Notes: generated from the letters alone by a model not told the origin. A stretch of 61,892 bases of DNA from an uncultured Methanosarcinales archaeon (GCA_964466175.1 CAYXMT010000001.1:1-61892), one strand, 5' to 3'; counted from the first letter of the stretch, positions 35,430 to 44,878 are shown. A program made the numbers and translations.

Positions 35430-35627
35430 TCAGAACTTCTTAAATTGGGCAACAGTGTCAATTAAATCCACATGTCCCAGGAATATAGCTCTGCAGCAAT
35501 ACCTTTCCAGGCCTAATTCATCCATAACTTTCTTTTTGTCTTCTCCTTTTTCTAACTTCTCTAAATAGGATTCCCAAAGCTGTCCTATTGGTTTTCCGCA
35601 ACTGTAGCACCTTACTGGAATAATCAT
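35430..35627 (-). CDS. rpoN: DNA-directed RNA polymerase subunit N (Rpo10)
   Basis: MIIPVRCYSCGKPIG...RYCCR. Confidence 0.9.
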   Translation of the reverse strand: MIIPVRCYSCGKPIGQLWESYLEKLEKGEDKKKVMDELGLERYCCRAIFLGHVDLIDTVAQFKKF

Positions 35628-35634
35628 TTTGTTT

Positions 35635-35728
35635 CACCTCTGAGTTTACGAAGAGGTGCCAGAAATTTCGTGAATTGTGAGCGAGTTCGCAACGAGTTCA
35701 CTTGCATTTCACAAAATTTCTCAGCACC
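35635..35728 (+). ncRNA. Candidate structured element, E copy 3, overlapping an rpoN SD-pairing hairpin (strand uncertain)
   Basis: Hairpin CACCUCU (35635-35641) / AGAGGUG (35652-58), whose complement on the mRNA strand pairs the rpoN SD. Outer helix 35655-35668 / 35714-35728. Core is CGUGAAUU (35669-76), stem GUGAGC/GUUCAC (one G-U on the plus strand) and loop GAGUUCGCAACGA. Confidence 0.4.
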
Positions 35729-35758
35729 TTGCCCTATATTTATTGTATGCATTTTATT

Positions 35759-36160
35759 TTAACGATATGATTTTTGTCTTTTAGCCCTAGCTTGTCCGTG
35801 CCTGTTTGGCTTTGACGACTCTTTTCTCCTGACATCCGCTACAAGCAGGTTTCTGTCATAATTCAGAAACTGTTCCTTTAACTTGTCATTTTTTGAAAAC
35901 TCTACAAGACCCTTTGCTATGGCTAATCTTGAAGCATCTGCCTGGCTTGAAATACCGCCGCCAAAAACATTTACATCTATATTTACTTTATTTGATAAAT
36001 CTCCTGCAATAATTAATGGTTCTCTTAATTTTAATCTTGAAATCTTTGGCTCATAAAAATCCAGATTCTTATTATTAATCCTAACCACACCCTTTCCAGC
36101 CCTTATCGTAGCTCTTGCAATTGCACTTTTTCTCTTCCCTGCAGCTGTTACGGTTTTCAT
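35759..36160 (-). CDS. rps9: 30S ribosomal protein S9 (uS9)
   Basis: GKRKSAIARATI...; C-terminal ...RQKSYR. Confidence 0.92.
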   Translation of the reverse strand: MKTVTAAGKRKSAIARATIRAGKGVVRINNKNLDFYEPKISRLKLREPLIIAGDLSNKVNIDVNVFGGGISSQADASRLAIAKGLVEFSKNDKLKEQFLNYDRNLLVADVRRKESSKPNRHGQARAKRQKSYR

Positions 36161-36576
36161 TATAACTTAGCACCTATATGAACGCATATGTCTTTAACAG
36201 AAACATACTTCAAATTCGGAAGCTTTCCCACATTAGCTTCTTTTAAAGTATCAAACTTCTGGTCTTTCAAACTGTCAGGAACTCCCCGGTAGCATTTTAT
36301 ATTTTTAAAAGCCTTTCTTCCTCTTTCTTTCTTATAAGGCAGCATCCCTCTTATTGCTCTTTTGACAAACCTGTCAGGCATCCTGCGAACAAAAGGCCCT
36401 TTGCTTGGAGTTCCCATTTTTAAAAATCTGTCATAATCCTCAAAAACCTTATCCCTATTGCCTGTAATCACGCAGCTTTCACAATTAACAATATCCACTT
36501 TCTCACCTAATAAGGCATTCTTTGCCACATAAGTTCCAAGTCTTCCTAAAATCAAATTATTTGCGTCTATTATCAT
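36160..36576 (-). CDS. rpl13: 50S ribosomal protein L13 (uL13)
   Basis: MIIDANNLILGRLGTYVAKNAL. Confidence 0.92.
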   Translation of the reverse strand: MIIDANNLILGRLGTYVAKNALLGEKVDIVNCESCVITGNRDKVFEDYDRFLKMGTPSKGPFVRRMPDRFVKRAIRGMLPYKKERGRKAFKNIKCYRGVPDSLKDQKFDTLKEANVGKLPNLKYVSVKDICVHIGAKL

Positions 36577-36935
36577 CCTATTATCCTAATGTTCTTCCCA
36601 TTAGGTTTATCCTTGCTTAAATCTAATAAAGGCACTATCTCAGCACCTGCTTTCTCTATTTTATCTTTTGCCTGGTCTGAAAACTGATAAGCGCTTATAG
36701 TTAATTTATGATTTAAAATTCCAGTACCTAAAACCTTTCCAGGAACAATTATAACCTCATTTTCTTTTGTATGCCTATTTATCCTGGATAGATTCACAGC
36801 TCTCCTGCTTCTTGTAGGCCTTTCTAAATCTAAAGCAACCCTCTTCCATAAGTTTACAGACTGCTCATTAGCCCTTTTCTTCAATTCTCCAATTAGCTCC
36901 TGTAATAATGGATTTGTTGCTCCTGTCCTTTTCAT
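36573..36935 (-). CDS. rpl18e: 50S ribosomal protein L18e (eL18)
   Basis: TNPLLQELIGELKK...RPTRSRRAVNLSRI. Confidence 0.9.
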   Translation of the reverse strand: MKRTGATNPLLQELIGELKKRANEQSVNLWKRVALDLERPTRSRRAVNLSRINRHTKENEVIIVPGKVLGTGILNHKLTISAYQFSDQAKDKIEKAGAEIVPLLDLSKDKPNGKNIRIIG

Positions 36936-36939
36936 TTTA

Positions 36940-37734
36940 TTATTTGGCTTTCTTTAATGTCTCATTGAACTCATCAAAAGTTTCATCAAAAATTCTCAAT
37001 GCCTCATTCAAAATATCCTTGCAGCTTAACTGCCCCCAGGATTCCATGTAAAAAATGATATCATCATCATACGTTACCTTAACCTCGCCTTTTGAAACCT
37101 CTTCCACAACACCTGCAAGGTCATACTTGAACAAATTGTCTTTAATGACACTAAGCTTTCCATTTTTTATCTCAAAAATGTTTCCATGGGTTTTTTCCAC
37201 AACTTCCTCTGGATTCTTGACATTTCCTATTTCTATGATTGGCTTATTCTTATAATAAGCAAGACCTGGACTCCATTTTGCATGATCTTTGCCTTTTCCT
37301 AAAACAGCAGTTGCCTCCAGTTCCAGACTTTGCCCCTTTAACAATTTTACAATAGGCATTTTTGGATAAACAGGCTTTACTTTGGGATCTTTGCTTTTAA
37401 GCTCAGAAGCATAAACAACGCCGGATCCTTTTGTTGCTTTTAGAGTAAGTTTAAGCTGGCATCTTGCACAGCCTTCTCCATCGCACTTGCATTTCTCAGG
37501 CAGATTGTATGATTTTAAATCTGTTGTTAATGGTATCAAACCAATCCTGTGAGCTATCATCTCATCATATGAAATCGAATTGTTTTTCCTGAATTCTACT
37601 TCTTCAACAGCCATTGTGGGGACTTCATCTACTATAATCCTCCTCAATGTATTTGCAAAAGCAGGCGTTGTATCCTTAATAATAAATGAAACCTTTCCTT
37701 CTTCCTTGTTACTTGACAAAATCCTTATTTCCAT
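36940..37734 (-). CDS. rpoD: DNA-directed RNA polymerase subunit D (Rpo3)
   Basis: FANTLRRIIVDEVPTMAVEEV and a Cys cluster CKCDGEGCARC. 264 aa. Confidence 0.9.
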   Translation of the reverse strand: MEIRILSSNKEEGKVSFIIKDTTPAFANTLRRIIVDEVPTMAVEEVEFRKNNSISYDEMIAHRIGLIPLTTDLKSYNLPEKCKCDGEGCARCQLKLTLKATKGSGVVYASELKSKDPKVKPVYPKMPIVKLLKGQSLELEATAVLGKGKDHAKWSPGLAYYKNKPIIEIGNVKNPEEVVEKTHGNIFEIKNGKLSVIKDNLFKYDLAGVVEEVSKGEVKVTYDDDIIFYMESWGQLSCKDILNEALRIFDETFDEFNETLKKAK

Positions 37735-37746
37735 TTTTATCCTCCT

Positions 37747-38142
37747 TTAAACTCTTCTACCTCTCCTACCGCCTTTTTTTCTGCAGCCGTCATGAGGTAA
37801 AGGAGTAACATCCTCTATTAATCCAATTCTTAAACCCATTCTTGATAATGCTCTTATAGCAGCCTGTGCTCCGGGTCCGGGACCTGTAGGATCATTATGC
37901 CCCCCAGGAGCTCTTATCTTAACATGAATTGCATTTATTCCCTTATCCATAGCCCCTTCTGCAGCCCTCTTAGCAGCAATCATTGCAGCTGTAGGGCTGG
38001 ATTCCATCCTGTCACTCTTGACAACCATCCCTCCAGAAGCCTTGCTTATAGTTTCTGTTCCGGTAATGTCTGTTATGTGGATTATAGTATTATTGTATGA
38101 TGCATAAATATGCGCAATTCCCCATCTCTCTTGTCTTGCCAT
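37747..38142 (-). CDS. rps11: 30S ribosomal protein S11 (uS11)
   Basis: [19 protein letters not shown]... Confidence 0.92.
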   Translation of the reverse strand: MARQERWGIAHIYASYNNTIIHITDITGTETISKASGGMVVKSDRMESSPTAAMIAAKRAAEGAMDKGINAIHVKIRAPGGHNDPTGPGPGAQAAIRALSRMGLRIGLIEDVTPLPHDGCRKKGGRRGRRV

Positions 38143-38144
38143 TT

Positions 38145-38915
38145 TTATTTCTCTTTAACCTCTGCCTTTTTTTCGTCTTTCTTTCCTTCAGCAGATTTTT
38201 CTTTCTGTTTTTTTAAATCGTGAGTGCTTGGGACTTTTGTCTTCTCTTCTTTTGCTTTCCCATCAGCATCTTTTGTTCCCTTGCCTTCTTTAGCTTTTGT
38301 TTCTTTTTTTTGTTCTTTTTTCTCTTCTACCTTTTCTGCAGGTTTTTCCTCTTTTGCTTCTTTTTCCCCTTCTTCTTTCTTTTCAGCCTTTTTCTCTGTC
38401 TTAACTACTGCTCTAATTGGATGACCGGTATTGGAAATAACAGAACCCTGGGCAAATTGTATATTGGCTTCTTCCTCTAATGGAACTAAATATGATGGAG
38501 CAGTAATTCTCTTGTCTCCTAATGAAATATGTTCATGAACAATAAACTGTCTGGCTTGCCTCATGCTGTTTGCGAGATTTTTCCTGCAGACCAGTGTTTG
38601 CAGTCTCCTTTCCAGGATATCTTTTAATGTTAGGGACAATATGTCCTCTACATTTGAATCTTTGCCTAAAAGTCCCAAAGAAAAAAGTTTTGTCAAAAGC
38701 TGAGTTCTTTCCTGCTCTACCTGAGGATTTTTTGAAGTAACAAGATTTTTTGCCTGCCGGGTAAAATTCTTTAGTATGGAATTCATCTTCCATATTTCAT
38801 ATTTCCTGTTTAGTCCGTACTCTGTCAACAGTTCTTTTTCTGCCACAATCCTTTCTTTTTGCCATGGATGTGCCGGCTTTGAAAATTTCTTTCTTTGTTT
38901 TCTTGGTGCTCCCAT
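38145..38915 (-). CDS. rps4: 30S ribosomal protein S4 (uS4) with an ~85-aa Lys/Glu-rich C-terminal tail
   Basis: The N-terminal ~170 aa is typical S4P. The tail [20 protein letters not shown]...KKAEVKEK is read from the translation. Confidence 0.88.
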   Translation of the reverse strand: MGAPRKQRKKFSKPAHPWQKERIVAEKELLTEYGLNRKYEIWKMNSILKNFTRQAKNLVTSKNPQVEQERTQLLTKLFSLGLLGKDSNVEDILSLTLKDILERRLQTLVCRKNLANSMRQARQFIVHEHISLGDKRITAPSYLVPLEEEANIQFAQGSVISNTGHPIRAVVKTEKKAEKKEEGEKEAKEEKPAEKVEEKKEQKKETKAKEGKGTKDADGKAKEEKTKVPSTHDLKKQKEKSAEGKKDEKKAEVKEK

Positions 38916-38921
38916 TTTTAT

Positions 38922-39443
38922 CTAAGTCTTTCCGGACTTTACGTTTTCCTTTTTCTTAACACCTAATGATGCTTTTCCCTTGTTTCTCCTGAAATTTGAT
39001 TTTGTTCTTTGGCCTCTTACAGGCAAACCTACACCATGTCTAACTCCCCTGTAAGACCTGATTTTTTTCATTCTCTTGATGTCATTTTCTTCTGTAAAAG
39101 TTAAGTTTCCTGTGATAAGGTGAGAATCTTTCCCGTCTTCATAGTTTTTTCTCCGGTTAAGCATCCAGGAAGGAACATTATAGTTTGACAAATTGTTCAG
39201 AACATCATCCAGCTTCTTGACTTCATCATCTTTCAGGTAACCGGATTTAATTGTTTTATCCACACCTGCAAGATTGCATATCATATTAGAAAACATAAAG
39301 CTTATGCCTTTGATTTTTTTCAGTGCATTGCCTATAGCCTTTTTCCCATCAAGATCAGTATTTGCAATCCTTACAAAATACTTGAAATCGTCTTTCTTAC
39401 CTGCAGTTTCCTGAGTCTTTTCCTGAGTCTTCTGTTCTTCCAT
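38922..39443 (-). CDS. rps13: 30S ribosomal protein S13 (uS13)
   Basis: FKYFVRIANTDLDGKKAIGNAL. Start placed at ATG 39443 (MEEQK...). Confidence 0.88.
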   Translation of the reverse strand: MEEQKTQEKTQETAGKKDDFKYFVRIANTDLDGKKAIGNALKKIKGISFMFSNMICNLAGVDKTIKSGYLKDDEVKKLDDVLNNLSNYNVPSWMLNRRKNYEDGKDSHLITGNLTFTEENDIKRMKKIRSYRGVRHGVGLPVRGQRTKSNFRRNKGKASLGVKKKENVKSGKT

Positions 39444-39597
39444 TCTAAATACATGTAATATCCGAGAATATAGCACTTAAAGCAACCCTAGAAGCGCTCT
39501 GTATGAACTCGGGCTAAGAAGAAACAGGAACTAAGTTTGGTTTATAAAAGTTGCGGAAATCCTATGAATTTCAATTCTTTATATAAAAATAAATTAT

Positions 39598-41520
39598 CTA
39601 ATAATTCACCAGAATCTCAACATCCTTGCCAAAAATATCCTTCAGATTCTCAAATATTGGCTCCTTAATGAAAACTTTTGGAGGAATTTCAACTTTTGTC
39701 AAGGCCTTTTCAAGCTCTACCAAAGAACTCTTTTGAGTTGTGCTTAAACTTCCATCTCCTTTTATCTTTGCTTTGCTTATCTCTTTTTCCTCATGGTCTA
39801 TGTCATGGATTATGAAAGCTTCTTTGCCAAGCAAAATAATTTCCCCATACCTGTTGCCGTGCTTTACTCTTATCTTTGTTCTTTCCAGTTCTCTTCCCCT
39901 TTTCCTCTGCAAATATTCCACTAAAAATTTTATCAATTCATTAGATGATTTCTTTACTTTCTCTACCTCAACCCTGGTAAGCTTCTTGTCATCATAATCT
40001 TTCTTAGCTTTAATTATCTCATTCAAAATCCGTAAAAACTTTGCAGGTATTTTTCCCTGGCTTATCAGCTCATCTTCAAATAATTTTACAACCTCTTCAT
40101 CTTCAACTTTTTCTATGCCTTCTGTCCTCAGCACATCCCTTATTATAGTGACTATTGTCTCATAAACCTTCATCATATCACTTTCTTCCTTTATCTTCTC
40201 TATCTGCGTAAAAAGTCTTTTTATTCTTTTTAGGTACTTATCACTTTCTCCCAGAAGCTCATCAATTTCTTTCCCGGTAACCGCTTTCTTTTCTCCGTGC
40301 TCAATTGTTTTTCTTATATCTATGACTTTCTCCAGGGTTTTTACAAACTTGTCTTCCAGCATCTTCTCTTTTTGTACAAAAATTTCCCTCATCAAAGTAG
40401 CAGTCTCTTTTGGAGCTGGTGGAGGTATGCCATGCAGCATCAGCGCCGCTTGCGAAGGAGTTAAAATTGCATAATAAATATCTTCCATCCCCATTTCCTT
40501 AAGCTTTACTTCTACGCGTTTAAGCATTTGCTCTCCAGATCCCATAAACAGGTCAATAGCCTCAGGACTCGGCTTTATCTTTCCCATCCTGAGCAGCTGC
40601 TTCCATGCCATAAAAATACCCCTGTCATAAAATGGAACACCATCTCTAAGCAGGGTAAAAATTATCGGGTTCGCTTCCTTTAAGCTGTCCCAGAAATCTG
40701 TAAGGATATAAACCTGGATATTGAGCTTATTTTTTATTCCTGTTATCTCTCCAGCCTCAATCCCTATGCCGATTATAATGGCCCTCAACTTATCTTTTAA
40801 CTCAGCTCTAGTCATCTTCTTGACATCTGTATCATCAATAACTATCCACACATCAATATCAGATGTCGGAGTTGCCCTGCCCTGCACTAAACTTCCTGCA
40901 AGCACATAGCTTACAATATACTTCTCAAACTTCTTGAGAATCATAGTCTTATGAACTTCTGAAATCTTTATCGCAGCCAGCATTCCCCTGTCAAAAATCG
41001 GGGTAGATAAAGCTATCAATTGCAGTAGTTCATATTTACCGTCATAGCAGTTCTGCCACAACTCAGATAAAATTACAACTTGAGGCGTAAGATTCTTATC
41101 AATTTCCTGCCCAATATTCTTCATTATAGCGCCTAATTTATCTTTTAACTCAAACTTTGACATCTTCTTGCTGTCAGAATCATCTACTAAAACAAGAACA
41201 TTTATCTTATCCTTATCAACAACTGGCTGTTTTTGGTCTAACGGTTTTTGTTCTGCTGATTGAGGAGGCATTCCGGATAATTTTGGGTCTCCTTGTTTCG
41301 GAGGAGGCATTAAAGTCATCCCTACTATATATTTATCAAATTTTTCCAATACCCTTTTCTGAAATTTATCCAGTTTTGTTTTTATAGTCTTTAATTTTTC
41401 CTGTACATCTTTAGGAAGCTTTTCTAAAGCTGCTTTTTCCCTTAAAGCTACAGAATCATCTTTAGTATCCGGTTTTTCCGCAGGACCTTTCTTATCATAT
41501 TTTTTAGTTTTTTTTGCCAT
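39598..41520 (-). CDS. Large (640 aa) protein with two Pol-beta-type nucleotidyltransferase-fold repeats and a long helical C-terminal region
   Basis: Repeat 2 has GSLVQGRATPTSDIDVWIVIDDTD...LKDKL...FYDRG. Repeat 1 (INVLVLVDDSD...LKDKL...IFDRG) has the GS...DxD segment replaced by a Pro/Gln-rich insert. Confidence 0.6.
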   Translation of the reverse strand: MAKKTKKYDKKGPAEKPDTKDDSVALREKAALEKLPKDVQEKLKTIKTKLDKFQKRVLEKFDKYIVGMTLMPPPKQGDPKLSGMPPQSAEQKPLDQKQPVVDKDKINVLVLVDDSDSKKMSKFELKDKLGAIMKNIGQEIDKNLTPQVVILSELWQNCYDGKYELLQLIALSTPIFDRGMLAAIKISEVHKTMILKKFEKYIVSYVLAGSLVQGRATPTSDIDVWIVIDDTDVKKMTRAELKDKLRAIIIGIGIEAGEITGIKNKLNIQVYILTDFWDSLKEANPIIFTLLRDGVPFYDRGIFMAWKQLLRMGKIKPSPEAIDLFMGSGEQMLKRVEVKLKEMGMEDIYYAILTPSQAALMLHGIPPPAPKETATLMREIFVQKEKMLEDKFVKTLEKVIDIRKTIEHGEKKAVTGKEIDELLGESDKYLKRIKRLFTQIEKIKEESDMMKVYETIVTIIRDVLRTEGIEKVEDEEVVKLFEDELISQGKIPAKFLRILNEIIKAKKDYDDKKLTRVEVEKVKKSSNELIKFLVEYLQRKRGRELERTKIRVKHGNRYGEIILLGKEAFIIHDIDHEEKEISKAKIKGDGSLSTTQKSSLVELEKALTKVEIPPKVFIKEPIFENLKDIFGKDVEILVNY

Positions 41521-41559
41521 TATGCAGAGCTTATGTTATTTTTTATTGTATATAAAGGT

Positions 41560-41580
41560 TTTGAAACCGAAGGTTTCAAA
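41560..41580. promoter_or_regulatory. Perfect 9-bp inverted repeat TTTGAAACC-GAA-GGTTTCAAA next to a TATA-like box
   Basis: Lies between the divergent NTase-like gene (ATG 41520) and the small plus-strand ORF (41630), immediately upstream of CTTTATATACAATAAAAAA on the minus strand. Confidence 0.4.
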
Positions 41581-41629
41581 TAACTGGAAATAGCGATTTC
41601 CAAAACATTTAAATATAATTATTCCCAGA

Positions 41630-41846
41630 ATGGACAATAAAGAGATGATAATTTTGATAACAGAATCCGCATATAAGCTTACTGGATTGGTTGTTTTGGT
41701 AGTAGGGGCATTATTTTTTTCTCAGAGATTTGGGAGTTAACTATATAGGAAACACAAGCGGTTGGACAATTATCATTGTACTGGCAGGTGCAGCATTATT
41801 AGCCGGCGATTTCCAGTTAAGACAGCTTAAAGCAGCAAAAAAATAA
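41630..41846 (+). pseudogene. Possible small 2-TM membrane protein split by a frame change at a T7 run
   Basis: ATG 41630 gives MDNKEMIILITESAYKLTGLVVLVVGALFFSQRFGS* (stop 41738-40). The +1 frame continues LRDLGVNYIGNTSGWTIIIVLAGAALLAGDFQLRQLKAAKK* to 41846. The frames would join if T7 (41714-41720) were T6. Confidence 0.25.
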
Positions 41847-41850
41847 TTAT

Positions 41851-43602
41851 TTATTTTTTTTGTTCATTGTAAAAATTTTCAATCATTTTTAGAGTTGATA
41901 CATCATCAGGGCTTCTGTCATCTCTTAAGGATATAACCCTTGGAAATCTTAACGCATATCCAGAACTATAAGTTGGGCTTTTTTGAATTTCTTCGTAACC
42001 AACCTCTATTACAATTTTTGGCTTAAGTGTAACTTCCTTACCTTCTTCTTTATTTATCAGGGGCCTAAGCATATCTGTCATTTCCGCAAAGCTTAACCCT
42101 TCTTCTCTTTTTTCCTTAAGCCCTGTGCTTGCCTTTCCTACTTCAAGAAGCATGCCATTGTTCCTGCATGCAAGCGTGTAGCTGCTCAGCCATTTTGACC
42201 TTTTGCCTTCACCCCATTCTGCCTTAACAACAACTAAATCAAGATTTTCTTTTGTTCCTTTCAACTTAACCATGAAGCCTACCCTTGCACCTGGCTTATA
42301 AGGAGCATCAAGCTTTTTTATTATAAGCCCCTCATTTCCTGAATCAATTGCTTCTTTGTAAAAGATTTCAACTTCTTTTTTATTTGCAGTTACAATACTT
42401 TTTGCAGCCTTGATTTTCTTTGGAACATTTTTAATCATCTTTTTAATCATCTTTTTTCTTTCCTCAAAAGGCTCATTGATAACACTTTTTCCTTTATAAT
42501 TTATTATATCAAAAACATTTACCTCTACTGGAAATTCTTCAGACATCTTATGGATGTCATATTTTCTTTTTATTCTCTGGGAGATGCTCTGAAATGGAAG
42601 GTATTTTCCGGTTTTTTTATTGTAGCCCACAGCTTCAGAATCAAGAATAATCTTTGTTTCATGAACATACTTTTTAATATGGTCTACAACCTCTGGAAAT
42701 TGCTCAGTAACCTCTTCCAATCTTCTTGTAAAAACCTTTATCTCATTGCCGTCTTTATGTATCTGCATCCTCATACCATCATATTTGAACTCAAATTCAG
42801 CTGGTTTCCCGCATCTTTCAAAACCTTCGTCAATATCCTTTACCTTCAATGCCAGCATGACCTTTAATGGAATGCCCACCTTCATTGACATTTCCCCAAG
42901 GCCTTTAAGACCGTGCTTTTTCGCTGCTTCTGCCACAGGCCCAAACTCATTTGTAATGTCATATGCTCTCTGTACAGCACCAACATATTCATTGTATTTT
43001 TCCCTGTCTTCAATATCAATTTTATTCTCTTCTTTGACATACTTTATATTCAGCTTATCTCCAAAAAAAGCCCATGCAATCGCATCTCTTATGCTTCCTT
43101 CCCCAACACCTATCCTCATGTCATTGAGGATTGTCCTGACTATGTATTTAGCCTCATTAGGTTTTGCTGATGTCAACAGCTCTGCAACTAAAGCTATTTT
43201 TTTATCTACTGATCCAAGACCTTCAATTGTAACAAGTTTCCTTAGGTTTTCAAGAATTTTTTTTACACTAAGCTCATGCGTCCTTAAAGTATGCTGCTTC
43301 TTTTTCTTAATCAGATTATGTGAAACTGTTCCCAAATCTCCTGTTTTTTTCCATTCAGAATTTATTCTTTCTTTTGATTCTCCAGATGCTACGCCTATAG
43401 CCTTGAGCATCATCTTTGATGCCATTCCTATTTCCCTTTCATCCCATCTTGGAAAAACCCTTCCCTCTATCAACAAAAGAGAAGTTCCTAAATCATCTAT
43501 GCTGATATCCTTAAGAAATTCTGAGATAGTATGAGTATGATCCAGTCTTTTTGTTGTACTCTCAAGTTTCACATACACCTCAACAAGCTTAGAGTATTGC
43601 AT
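41851..43602 (-). CDS. lig: ATP-dependent DNA ligase
   Basis: Adenylation motif EFKYDGMRMQIH; 583 aa; typical archaeal LigA layout. Confidence 0.9.
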   Translation of the reverse strand: MQYSKLVEVYVKLESTTKRLDHTHTISEFLKDISIDDLGTSLLLIEGRVFPRWDEREIGMASKMMLKAIGVASGESKERINSEWKKTGDLGTVSHNLIKKKKQHTLRTHELSVKKILENLRKLVTIEGLGSVDKKIALVAELLTSAKPNEAKYIVRTILNDMRIGVGEGSIRDAIAWAFFGDKLNIKYVKEENKIDIEDREKYNEYVGAVQRAYDITNEFGPVAEAAKKHGLKGLGEMSMKVGIPLKVMLALKVKDIDEGFERCGKPAEFEFKYDGMRMQIHKDGNEIKVFTRRLEEVTEQFPEVVDHIKKYVHETKIILDSEAVGYNKKTGKYLPFQSISQRIKRKYDIHKMSEEFPVEVNVFDIINYKGKSVINEPFEERKKMIKKMIKNVPKKIKAAKSIVTANKKEVEIFYKEAIDSGNEGLIIKKLDAPYKPGARVGFMVKLKGTKENLDLVVVKAEWGEGKRSKWLSSYTLACRNNGMLLEVGKASTGLKEKREEGLSFAEMTDMLRPLINKEEGKEVTLKPKIVIEVGYEEIQKSPTYSSGYALRFPRVISLRDDRSPDDVSTLKMIENFYNEQKK

Positions 43603-43874
43603 ATCAAATTACAATATTAAGAACTTTAAAAATATGTCGATGTAAAGGATTGTTTTATTATTAAGAATTATTAGGAAATTAATATTTCAAAATAAAACTA
43701 ATTGTTCATACTTTTAGGTTATTACTCCAATAATAAACAATTCACAGCAAAAAAGTTCTCCTAATTACCCATTATACGAACTTTTTCCGTTGCACTACGT
43801 GTTTAAATTTAACGTATTTTTTGAGAAATCTATTTAGTAGGGGCTGGCTTTAATTATTTTGAAAAGTGAATATG

Positions 43875-44186
43875 TTATCCCTTATACATTCCTTTAGGAT
43901 TATACTTACTATCTTTAATCCCCCAACTCATATGAGGATTCATTTCCCTTATTTTTTGAGGGATTCTTGCTGCAGCTGCATCTAGTTGTTCTTGTGCTTT
44001 GTCGGATACTCTTATCCTAGAAACAGGTTCTTTTTGTTCTTCACATAACGTGCTTACGTTATACGGTTCATTCCATTCTCCTAACTTTTTTGTACCATTA
44101 TTAAATTTCCAATATTTATCTCTTCCGCAAAAATCTATACTCAAAACAATAAATTTATTAATGATAAACTCAAGAATATGCCACAT
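43875..44186 (-). CDS. Hypothetical small protein (about 103 aa if ATG 44186 is used)
   Basis: Only the distal part of track ORF 43875-44360 is free of the nitroreductase gene. Its ATG shares a CATG with nitroreductase ATG 44185. Confidence 0.3.
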   Translation of the reverse strand: MWHILEFIINKFIVLSIDFCGRDKYWKFNNGTKKLGEWNEPYNVSTLCEEQKEPVSRIRVSDKAQEQLDAAAARIPQKIREMNPHMSWGIKDSKYNPKGMYKG

Positions 44187-44847
44187 GGATGTTTTTGATG
44201 CTATAAGGGCAAGGAGAAGCATTAGGAAGTATAAAGACAAGCAAGTTCCATGGGACAACATAGCCACTATAATGCAGGCCGGGAAATTTGCTCCCAGTGC
44301 AGGAAATTTGCAAAACTGGAAATTTATTGTAGTTAAGAGTGATGAGAAAAGAAAAGCCATTACAAAAGCTTGCCTGCAGCAGGACTGGATGGAAACTGCT
44401 CCTGTTTTTATTGTTGTTGTTGCTGAGCCGGAAAAAGCTGAAAGGCATTACGGAACAAGAGGCGCAAGATTATATACTATCCAGGGATGTGCTGCTGCAA
44501 TAGAAAACATGCTGCTTACAGCCCATAGCCTGGGATTAGGAACCTGCTGGATAGGTGCTTTTGATGAGGACGAGTTATGGAGAATTCTTATGCTGGATGA
44601 AGAAAAAACCGTGCAAGCCATTATAACAATAGGCTATGCTGATGAAGCTCCTGAACCTCCACCTAAGTATAGGATAGAGCACATGGTATTTTTTGAAAAA
44701 TGGTGGGGTCGCATAGAAGCTCCAAAAACACATCTTGGATGGTGGAGTCATTATAACAAAAGGATTGTAAATGAAAGCAAAAAGTTAGCAAAAAAGACAG
44801 GAAGAAAGATCAAAGAGCATGTTAAGAAGAAATTGAAGAAGAAATAG
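44185..44847 (+). CDS. Nitroreductase-family protein with a Lys-rich C-terminal tail
   Basis: MDVFDAIRARRSIRKY...PSAGNLQNWKF...LGLGTCWIG. Start moved to ATG 44185. Confidence 0.8.
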   Translation: MDVFDAIRARRSIRKYKDKQVPWDNIATIMQAGKFAPSAGNLQNWKFIVVKSDEKRKAITKACLQQDWMETAPVFIVVVAEPEKAERHYGTRGARLYTIQGCAAAIENMLLTAHSLGLGTCWIGAFDEDELWRILMLDEEKTVQAIITIGYADEAPEPPPKYRIEHMVFFEKWWGRIEAPKTHLGWWSHYNKRIVNESKKLAKKTGRKIKEHVKKKLKKK

Positions 44848-44878
44848 TTCCCTTTCTAGTTTATTAAAAAATAAAAAA

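Noticed and set aside
42746-43534. Long opposite-strand ORFs, for example 42746-43534, 54334-55011, 32722-33345, 18731-19165, 45722-46177 and 23549-23986.
   Set aside because: Each lies fully antisense to a confidently identified conserved gene (lig, folD, leuS/nadK, the ABC permease, ftsZ, zwf/gnd). Their composition is low-complexity Ser/Phe/Leu-rich, typical of shadow ORFs in AT-rich DNA.
43779-43800. TACGAAC word shared with the F leaders, suggesting a third F copy upstream of lig.
   Set aside because: Only a 7-mer is shared. None of the flanking conserved blocks or the start-codon hairpin are present.
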